A DNA stretch of 64,000 nt from Lingula anatina (taxonomy: Eukaryota; Animalia; Brachiopoda). This document shows, piece by piece, positions 54,101-64,000 of this stretch (positions are counted from its first letter, which is position 1; each line of letters starts with the position of its first letter). The stretch covers positions 30,448,401 to 30,512,400 of the forward strand of contig CM120641.1 in assembly GCA_051362555.1 (NCBI GenBank), given 5' to 3'. A program made the translations under genes and the position numbers. Under the pieces are notes generated by a model. The model searched no databases. It was given only the letters and a program-made list of their open reading frames with translations, and had not been told where the DNA came from.

Positions 54101-57100
54101 AATAGTTAAACGTTAATAATTTTCACATATCTTGTCTAATATTTGTGAAATTTGGATAGATGATGCATAACAACAATAAAAATCTGTGATAAGCTCATCA
54201 GTTGACTGTGTCTCATTAAAAACATTTTTTAGAGCAAATAAATGTGAGAAAACTGAAAATGACATTGAAAAGACTGCCAAATGCGGTGCCATAACATAGT
54301 TAAACGTTAATAATTTTCACAAATCATGTCCAATATTTGTGAAATTGGGACAGATGATGCATAACAGCAATAAAAATCTGTGATAAGCTTATCAGCTGAC
54401 TGTGTCTCATGGAAAAGATTTTTTTAGAGCATATAATTTGGAGAAAACTGAAAATTACATTGAAAAGACCTGCAAATTCCATGGCATAAAATAGTTAAAT
54501 ATTGATGATTTTGACAAACCCAGTCCAATATTTGTGAAATTTGTACAAATGATGCTTAAAAGCAATAAAAATCTGTTCTAAGCTTATCAGCTGACTGTGT
54601 GTAATAGAAGTGTAGCTTATTAACAATTTGTATGAAAAGAGTGACAATTATCAAAAACATTTTTTTTCTCAATTTCACAACATCTAATTAGGCTCTTATT
54701 TAACATCAAATGTTATGATTTGAGTTTGTTTGTGTAAGAGGTGACAAATTACCCATAATTGTCCCGTGGAAAACAATATATACCCATTCAAGACTTCTCC
54801 TTACTACCAAATACCAGATGCAGATTCCTCCTTACAATCGGTTGCTGGAATCAGAGTTTAGCACACCATTTGACAATGTCCTAAAGCTTCCCACATACCA
54901 TCATGAGACAGCATTGCTCTTGCTGTTGTCTTTTGATGCCTGTTTTTTTCTATAGGAATTAGCCATGACTAGACAGGAAGAATCAGTTCACCAAAAAAGC
55001 CACCATGCTGTATGGAAAAGGTCACCTGGAAAAAGAACAATATTTTTGAAAAAAGTGAAAAATTTAAAAATTGACACATTTCACAGACTGAAATAGTTAA
55101 ACATTAAGAATTTTTATAAAGTTAACCTTAACAGTTGACTGTCTAATAAAAGGATATTTTCGGTACATATAAATTTGAGAAAACTGAAAATTACATTAAT
55201 AAGACTTCCAAATTCCATGGCTTAAAATAGTTAAACGTTAATAATTTTAACAAATTTCGTGCAATGTTTGTGAAATTTGTACAAGTCATGCATAACAGCA
55301 ATAAAAATCTGTGATAAGCTCATCAGTTGAATGTGTCTCATTAAAAGGATTTTTTTGGACAATAAATTTGAGAAAATTGACAATAACACTGAAACGACTG
55401 CCAAATTCCATGGCTTAAAATAGTTAAACGTTAATTATTTTCACAAATTTTGTCTAATATTTGTGAAATTTGGAAAGATGATGCATAACAACAATAAAAA
55501 TCTGTGATAAGCTCATAAGTTGACTGTGTCTCATAAAAAGGATTTTTTTGGACAATAAAATTGAGAAAACGGAAAATGACATTGAAAAGAATGCAAAATG
55601 CGGTGCCTTAAAATAGTTAAACGTTAATAATTTTCACAAGTCTTGTTCAAGATTTGTGAAATTTGGACAGATGATGCATAACAATAATCAAAATCTGTGA
55701 TAAGCTCATCAGCTGACTGTGTCTCATGAAAATCATTTTTCAGAGCATATAAATGTGAGAAAACTGAAAATGACATTGAAAAGACTGCCAAATTCCATGG
55801 CTTAAAATAGTTAAACGTTAATAATTTTCACAAATCTTGTCTAATATTTCTGAAATTTGGAAAGATGATGCATAACAACAATACAAATCTGAGATAAGCT
55901 CATCAGTTGACTGTGTCTCATGAAAAAGATTTTTTTTGGACAATAAATTTGAGAAAACTGACAATAACACTGAAACGACTGCCAAATTCCATGGCTTAAA
56001 ATAGTTAAACGTTAATTATTTTCACAAATTTTGTCTAATATTTGTGAAATTTGGAAAGATGATGCATAACAACAATAAAAATCTGTGATAAGCTCATAAG
56101 TTGACTGTGTCTCATGAAAAACATTTTTCAGAGCATATAAATGTGAGAAAACTGAAAATGACATTGAAAAGACTGCCAAATTCCATGGCTTAAAATGGTT
56201 AAACGTTAATTATTTTCACAAATCTTGTCTAATGTTTGTGAAATTTGGACAGATGATGCATAACAATAATCAAAATCTGTGATAAGCTCATCAGCTGACT
56301 GTGTCTCATGAAAATCATTTTTCAGAGCATATAAATGTGAGAAAACTGAAAATGACATTGAAAAGACTGCCAAATTCCATGGCTTAAAATAGTTAAACGT
56401 TAATAATTTTCACAAATCTTGTCTAATATTTGTGAAATTTGGAAAGATGATGCATAACAACAATACAAATCTGAGATAAGCTCATCAGTTGACTGTGTCT
56501 CATGAAAAAGATTTTTTTTGGACAATAAATTTGAGAAAACTGAAAATAACACTGAAACGACTGCCAAATTCCATGGCTTAAAATAGTTAAACGTTAATAA
56601 TTTTCACAAATCTTGTCTAATATTTGTGAAATTTGGATAGTTGATGCATAACAACAATAAAAATCTGTGAGAAGCTCATCAGTTGACTGTGTCTCATTAA
56701 AAACATTTTTTAGAGCAAATAAATGTGAGAAAACTGAAAATGACATTGAAAAGACTGCCAAATGCGGTGCCATAACATAGTTAAACGTTAATAATTTTCA
56801 CAAATCATGTCCAATATTTGTGAAATTGGGACAGATGATGCATAACAGCAATAAAAATCTGTGATAAGCTTATCAGCTGACTGTGTCTCATGGAAAAATT
56901 TTTTTAGAGCATATAATTTGGAGAAAACTGAAAATTACATTGAAAAGACCTGCAAATTCCATGGCATAAAATAGTTAAATATTGATGATTTTGACAAACC
57001 CAGTCCAATATTTGTGAAATTTGTACAAATGATGCTTAAAAGCAATAAAAATCTGTTCTAAGCTTATCAGCTGACTGTGTGTAATAGAAGTGTAGCTTAT

Positions 57101-60100
57101 TAACAATTTGTATGAAAAGAGTGACAATTATCAAAAACATTTTTTTTCTCAATTTCACAACATCTAATTAGGCTCTTATTTAACATCAAATGTTATGATT
57201 TGAGTTTGTTTGTGTAAGAGGTGACAAATTACCCATAATTGTCCCGTGGAAAACAATATATACCCATTCAAGACTTCTCCTTACTACCAAATACCAGATG
57301 CAGATTCCTCCTTACAATCGGTTGCTGGAATCAGAGTTTAGCACACCATTTGACAATGTCCTAAAGCTTCCCACATACCATCATGAGACAGCATTGCTCT
57401 TGCTGTTGTCTTTTGCTGCCTGTTTTTTTCTATAGGAATTAGCCATGACTAGACAGGAAGAATCAGTTCACCAAAAAAAGCCACCATGCTGTATGGAAAA
57501 GGTCACCTGGAAAAAGAACAATATTTTTGAAAAAAGTGAAAAATTTAAAAATTGACACATTTCACAGACTGAAATAGTTAAACATTAAGAATTTTTATAA
57601 AGTTAACCTTAACAGTTGACTGTCTAATAAAAGGATATTTTCGGTACATATAAATTTGAGAAAACTGAAAATTACATTAATAAGACTTCCAAATTCCATG
57701 GCTTAAAATAGTTAAACGTTAATAATTTTAACAAATTTCGTCCAATGTTTGTGAAATTTGTACAAGTCATGCATAACAGCAATAAAAATCTGTGATAAGC
57801 TCATCAGTTGAATGTGTCTCATTAAAAAGATTTTTTTGGACAATAAATTTGAGAAAATTGAAAATGACACTGAGAAGACTGCAAAATGCGGTGCCTTAAA
57901 ATAGTTAAACGTTAATAATATTCACAAAACTTGTTCAATATTTGTGAAATTTGGACAGATGATGCATAACAATAATAAAAATCTGTGATAAGCTCATCAG
58001 TTGACTGTGTCTCATGAAAAAGATTTTTTTTGGACAATAAATTTGAGAAAACTGACAATAACACTGAAACGACTGCCAAATTCCATGGCTTAAAATAGTT
58101 AAACGTTAATTATTTTCACAAATTTTGTCTAATATTTGTGAAATTTGGAAAGATGATGCATAACAACAATAAAAATCTGTGATAAGCTCATAAGTTGACT
58201 GTGTCTCATAAAAAGGATTTTTTTGGACAATAAAATTGAGAAAACGGAAAATGACATTGAAAAGAATGCAAAATGCGGTGCCTTAAAATAGTTAAACGTT
58301 AATAATTTTCACAAGTCTTGTTCAAGATTTGTGAAATTTGGACAGATGATGCATAACAATAATCAAAATCTGTGATAAGCTCATCAGCTGACTGTGTCTC
58401 ATGAAAATCATTTTTCAGAGCATATAAATGTGAGAAAACTGAAAATGACATTGAAAAGACTGCCAAATTCCATGGCTTAAAATAGTTAAACGTTAATAAT
58501 TTTCACAAATCTTGTCTAATATTTGTGAAATTTGGAAAGATGATGCATAACAACAATACAAATCTGAGATAAGCTCATCAGTTGACTGTGTCTCATTTAA
58601 AAGATTTTTTTGGACAATAAATTTGAGAAAATTGAAAATGACACTGAGAAGACTGCAAAATGCGGTGCCTTAAAATAGTTAAACGTTAATAATTTTCACA
58701 AAACTTGTTCAATATTTGTGAAATATAGACAGATGATGCATAACAATAATAAAAATCTGTGATAAGCTCATCAATTGAATGTGTCTCATGAAAAACATTT
58801 TTCAGAGCATATAAATGTGAGAAAACTGAAAATGACATTGAAAAGACTGCCAAATTCCATGGCTTAAAATGGTTAAACGTTAATTATTTTCACAAATCTT
58901 GTCTAATGTTTGTGAAATTTGGATAGATGATGCATATCAACAATAAAAATCTGTGATAAGCTCATTAGTTGCCTGTGTCTCATAAAAAAGATTTTTTTGG
59001 ACAATAAAATTGAGAAAAACGGAAAATGACATTGAAAAGACTGCAAAATGCGGTGCCTTAAAATAGTTAAACGTTTATAATTTTCACAAATCTTGTTCAA
59101 GATTTGTGAAATTTGGATAGATGATGCATAACAATAATAAAAATCTGTGATAAGCTCATCAGTTGACTGTGTCTCATTAAAAACATTTTTTAGAGCAAAT
59201 AAATGTGAGAAAACTGAAAATGACATTGAAAAGACTGCCAAATGCGGTGCCATAACATAGTTAAACGTTAATAATTTTCACAAATCATGTCCAATATTTG
59301 TGAAATTGGGATAGATGATGCATAACAGCAATAAAAATCTGTTATAAGCTTATCAGCTGACTGTGTCTCATGGAAAAGATTTTTTTAGAGCATATAATTT
59401 GGAGAAAACTGAAAATTACATTGAAAAGACCTGCAAATTCCATGGCATAAAATAGTAAAATATTGATGATTTTGACAAACCCAGTCCAATATTTGTGAAA
59501 TTTGTACAAATGATGCTTAAAAGCAATAAAAATCTGTTCTAAGCTTATCAGCTGACTGTGTGTAATAGAAGTGTAGCTTATTAACAATTTGTATGAAAAG
59601 AGTGACAATTATCAAAAACATTTTTTTTCTCAATTTCACAACATCTAATTAGGCTCTTATTTAACATCAAATGTTATGATTTGAGTTTGTTTGTGTAAGA
59701 GGTGACAAATTACCCATAATTGTCCCGTGGAAAACAATATATACCCATTCAAGACTTCTCCTTACTACCAAATACCAGATGCAGATTCCTCCTTACAATC
59801 GGTTGCTGGAATCAGAGTTTAGCACACCATTTGACAATGTCCTAAAGCTTCCCACATACCATCATGAGACAGCATTGCTCTTGCTGTTGTCTTTTGCTGC
59901 CTGTTTTTTTCTATAGGAATTAGCCATGACTAGACAGGAAGAATCAGTTCACCAAAAAAGCCACCATGCTGTATGGAAAAGGTCACCTGGAAAAAGAACA
60001 ATATTTTTGAAAAAAGTGAAAAATTTAAAAATTGACACATTTCACAGACTGAAATAGTTAAACATTAAGAATTTTTATAAAGTTAACCTTAACAGTTGAC

Positions 60101-61263
60101 TGTCTAATAAAAGGATATTTTCGGTACATATAAATTTGAGAAAACTGAAAATTACATTAATAAGACTTCCAAATTCCATGGCTTAAAATAGTTAAACGTT
60201 AATAATTTTAACAAATTTCGTCCAATGTTTGGGAAATTTGTACAAGTCATGCATAACAGCAATAAAAATCTGTGATAAGCTCATCAGTTGAATGTGTCTC
60301 ATGAAAAACATTTTTCAGAGCATATGAATTGGAGAAAACTGAAAATTACATTGAAAAGACTGCCAAATTCCATGGCTTAAAATAGTTAAACGTTAATAAT
60401 TTTCACAAATCTTGTCCAATATTTGTGAAATTTGGATAGATGATGCATAACAGCAATAAAAATCTGTGATAAGCTCATCACTTGATTGTGTCTCATGGAA
60501 AAGATTTTTTCAGAGCAAATAATTTGGAGAAAACTAAAAATTACATTAAAAAGACCGGCAAATTCCATGGCATAAAATAGTTAAATATTAACAATTTTGA
60601 CAAATCTTGTCCAATATTTGTGAAATTTGTATATATCATGCTTAACATCAATAAAAATCTGAAAAAAGCACAATAGTTGACAATGTCCAATGAAAAAAAT
60701 TTTTTCAGAGCATATAAATTTGAGAAAACTGAAAATGACATTGAAAAGACTGCCAAATTCCATGGATTAAAATAGTTAAACGTTAATATTTTCACAAATC
60801 TAGTCCAATATTTGTGAAATTTGTACAAATAATTCCTTAGATCAATAAAAATCTGCGATAAGCTCATCAGTTGACTGGGTTCAATGAAAAAGATTTTTTT
60901 TTTTTTTTGGACAATATATTTGAGAAAACTGAAAATATCACTGAAAAGACTGCCAAATTCCAAGGTATAAAATAGTTAAACGTTAATAATTTTGACAAAT
61001 CTTGTCCATTATTTGTGGAATTTGGACAAATGATACTTAACAATAATAAAAATCTGTGATAAGCTTATCAGCTGACTGTGTGTAATAGAAGTGTAGCTTA
61101 TTGACAATTTGTATGAGAAGACTGAGAATTATCAAAAACATTTTTTTTTCAATTTCACAACATCTAATTAGCTTCATATTAAACATCAAATGTTATGATT
61201 TGAGTTTGTTTGTGTAAGAGGTGACAAATTACCCATAATTGTCTTCTGGAAAACAATACATAC

Positions 61264-61516
61264 CCATTCAAGACTTCTCCTTACTACCAATACCAGATGC
61301 AGATTCCTCCTTACAATTTGTTTTTGGAATTGGGGTTTAGCACACCTTTTGACAATGTCCCAAAGCTTGCCTACCACCTATTGTAGACATGGATGACACA
61401 ATCCATTGCTATTGCTGCTGTCTTTTGCTGCCTGTTTTTTCTATAGGAATTGGCCATGACCAGACAGGAAGTATCAGTTCACCAAAAAAGCCCCCACGCT
61501 GTATGGAAAAGGTCAC
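61264..61516 (-). other. Putative non-coding exon (253 nt) in the terminal, most diverged cassette copy (subtype C)
   Basis: Minus-strand acceptor CATTTCTCTTCCAG|GTGACC and donor TGG|GTATGT. Stops occur in all three frames. No transcript evidence available. Confidence 0.4.
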
Positions 61517-61695
61517 CTGGAAGAGAAATGTACAATGTATTTTTTAAAAAATGGAAATTCAATTTTAAAAAGTGATATATCAGACTAAAATAGCTAAACA
61601 TTAATAATTTTGATTAAGTTGGATTTAAAAGTTGTGTCTAATGGAAAGGCTTATCTGGAAAAAGAACAGCAAGTTTGGAAAAAAGTGAAAATATC

Positions 61696-61820
61696 GCCAG
61701 TTTTTGAGATATAAGGGATAGAAAATTTGCAAAGCTCAGTTCATGGTGAAAATTAGGTCAAAGGTCAATTTCAGGATCACAGTTAGATTGGCAGCATATG
61801 ACATCATATTCAAGTTCAAT
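61696..61820 (+). repeat. Diverged ~125-bp direct repeat, copy 1, containing AGGTCAAAGGTCA
   Basis: Aligns by eye with 62427-62547 (GCCAGTTTT...TTGCAAAG...AGGTCAAAGGTCAATTT...CACAGTTAGATT...AGTTCAAT). Confidence 0.8.
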
Positions 61821-61843
61821 GAGGGTAAGAAATACTCCCCCTT

Positions 61844-61950
61844 AATCACCAATCACGAAGAATTAAAACAGGGCAATCACCAATCACGAAGATATATTCA
61901 GGTCAATCACCAATCACGAGGATTTGAAAGCTATCACCATTCATCAAGAT
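61844..61950 (+). repeat. ~30-bp minisatellite (AATCACCAATCACGA core x3 plus a degenerate fourth), probably the subterminal part of an old MITE-like insertion
   Basis: Core at 61844, 61875 and 61905; related TCACG motifs recur at ~62325-62390. Confidence 0.75.
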
Positions 61951-62426
61951 AGAAAATTGCTATACTTGCAGGAATGCAAAGAATTCATAACATTCCCAGA
62001 ATAATTAATTTCGTATGTTGAATGACATGAATCGTCTGTTTAGAGATATTCAGCCATTCTTATTGGTCAGGATTCCCGTGACAGAGACTAAGGCGATGAT
62101 ATACGAATAGAACAGGAAAGTAACAAACTACTCACATTTCCACTTTTCTACCTGCCTTGTTTGAAGAGTTTGTTGAATTTATCTCCAGTGAATGATCGCC
62201 CTACAATCATGATACAAAGTTTGGGACTATCTAGAACAAATTCCTCTAATGCTAATTAAACATTTTTACGACTCACGTTGATGAATTCATACCAATTAAT
62301 AACGCGGAACAAAGAAGTTCCTGAATCACGTTTCACGCAGAATATTGCGCTCCAATAATGTACCACACTCGAAAAATAAGGCCAGTCACGTGTAACACAA
62401 AAGGTATTAATTATGGTTGTATCTTT

Positions 62427-62547
62427 GCCAGTTTTGGAGACATGAAGATTGGAAAACTTGCAAAGTGCAGTTCATAATGAAAAGTAGGTCAAAGGTCAAT
62501 TTTAAGGTCACAGTTAGATTACCAGTATATGACGTCCTTAGTTCAAT
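62427..62547 (+). repeat. Diverged ~125-bp direct repeat, copy 2
   Basis: See 61696-61820. Confidence 0.8.
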
Positions 62548-62926
62548 AGTAACTATGGGCATATCTCTGCTAATTTTGGAATAATTCACATTTCATTTTC
62601 ACCACTGAATATTGCAACATTGTATTTTTTTATATAGTGCAATGGAAAAACCACGTCGAAAACAAAAAAAAAAAAAAAAAGGACACCACCTCCAGTATTA
62701 CATTTGACAAGTTCTACAAAAAATGCAAAAAACAGAAGGTCTCTAGCTTTTACGGTTCCAGAATTAGAGAGAGTTTTCAGTTTCGGTATCTAATGATTGC
62801 TTCTCCCATGAAAATGCACCGATTAACCCCATACTCCCAAAGATGAAAGGAGTTGCTGATTGTAATCCCTCACTATAATATGACAGCTTAGGTCTGTGTA
62901 GTTTCTGAAAATTGGTACAAACAATT

Positions 62927-64000
62927 GATCATCAGCTGAGTTTATTTTTCCAAATGAAAGTCATTGACATAGGAACTGTAAAGGTAAAAGTCAGGCTCTT
63001 TAAGTTTATTTATGATAACTATGTCACTTATTAAATTTAGTGCTAATGATTTAACTTACGGTACTTTTCAAAAGTTTTAAGTTTTTGCTATAACATACTG
63101 AAACAAACAAGAAGTACAGCTTTCAGTTTTAGGTTGACAAAAATAGTTTTCTGTTATTAATTTATGCAAATTAAACATGACTTCCAGCCAGTTGTGGATA
63201 GCTGCAAAATGGACTTGAAGGTCATTAAAGATGGATCTGTGCATCTAGACCTTTAGCAAACAATTAGAGGAGCACCTTATTGGAGCTACTTTCAAAGTGA
63301 ACCATGTGGTTGCACACTCAAAGTACAAGACTGAGGTTATTAAAAGGGATTCCATCCAAGCTATGCTTGATAATCTTAATTAATATTTTGATTTTAAACC
63401 CATATGATATTAATTGATTTCCCCAATACATTACAAGTTGTGCCATTAAAGATTATGAGTTTTCTTAAATTATTCATTCCTTTTTAAGTACTCGCTTTGA
63501 TTTATAACAAATTTAATGACTTTTTCAATTATAGCCAAATATTATTATTTATAATTATTTTTAAATCAATAATTTAATTTTTCTTTTTATTAAAAAGAAG
63601 TTTTTACTTTGTGTGCATCTTAGAATTTAGTTCTGTATTGTATTATTCCCAGATTCCCTGACCAGGAGCTGATGTCCTCTTTCTGTGTTTTGGGGATGAA
63701 GCCCATTTCTCTACTCAGTCAGGATGAGCTGCAGTGTTGGGGGGATGAATCCATGGAAATGCTGACATCTCACTTTGGGGAGAAAATGCACACAATGAAT
63801 TCAAAGGAATCTGTGTCCAAGACCCTTATTGATGCTCAAGAGGTGAAGAAAGAATGGAGAATTGTAAAAAAATGATCTTCTTACTCAGTGTTACCCAAGG
63901 CATTCAACTGCAAAACTCTGGGAACTGATAGCTACTGATCATAAGGATCAATTTCCAAATCTCATAATGTTAGCCTCTTTGGCACTGGCACATCCAGTGC
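62927..64000 (+). pseudogene. Decayed, intron-containing hAT-family transposase (ZNF862-like) C-terminal region, truncated by the window end
   Basis: Three collinear pieces. (1) ~62927-62983 DHQLSLFFQMKVIDIGTVK|gtaaaa. (2) ttccag|63188-~63383 PVVDSCKMDLK...(stop, frameshift)...IKRDSIQAMLDNLN*. (3) cccag|63653-64000 FPDQELMSSFCVL...EVKKEWRIVK, then a frameshift in the A-run at ~63870, then ...LWELIATDHKDQFPNLIMLASLALAHPV. The motifs LS.FFQ, DNL..RFP, EW and FPNL..LA..AL..PV resemble the hAT C-terminal dimerisation region. Recognised from memory, not by search. Confidence 0.8.

Larger units (their letters stand above)
1..61690. repeat. Composite higher-order tandem array: runs of ~194-bp satellite monomers separated by 29 copies of a ~440-bp cassette; extends beyond the left window edge
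   Basis: The cassette anchor GGTCAC ends at 494, 5253, 7169, 9474, 11005, 12343, 15424, 18116, 19454, 21758, 24643, 26754, 28670, 30189, 32669, 36130, 38241, 40157, 42064, 44544, 47036, 48361, 50853, 52174, 53119, 55025, 57506, 59986 and 61516. Intervening DNA is head-to-tail monomers, all in one orientation. Confidence 0.97.

Noticed and set aside
1-61690. CRISPR-like repeat/spacer array
   Set aside because: Repeats are ~194 bp, the 'spacers' are homologous to one another, there are no cas genes, and the context is eukaryotic.
62637-62846. Lysine-rich 69-aa ORF
   Set aside because: Driven by a poly-A run, with a non-ATG start and no homology evident.
61820-62872. TGAGGG...CCCTCA as terminal inverted repeats of a MITE
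   Set aside because: Only a 6-bp match, no TSD identified, and the span would include unrelated repeat sequence.

Overview
AT-rich eukaryotic (probably invertebrate animal) DNA with no intact protein-coding gene. Bases 1 to ~61,690 are one composite tandem array. About 220 copies of a ~194-bp hairpin-containing satellite monomer are interrupted 29 times by a ~440-bp non-satellite cassette. The cassette carries a ~255-nt minus-strand exon-like core with a consensus 3' splice site in every copy. Cassette spacing is quantised (~560 bp + n x ~194 bp, n=2-15). Cassettes fall into spatially sorted subfamilies, with a diverged ancestral-looking copy at the right edge, and the array grew by nested duplications (offsets ~1.9 to ~16.5 kb). 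A 2,454-bp non-autonomous mobile element with split direct repeats (A-X-B-A-Y-B) and no obligatory target-site duplication sits at 1164-3617; its empty paralogous site is at ~20123. The right flank holds old repeat fragments and a decayed intron-containing hAT/ZNF862-like transposase gene running off the window. Almost all supplied ORFs are repeat artefacts. Counts and offsets were made by eye and should be confirmed by dot-plot.
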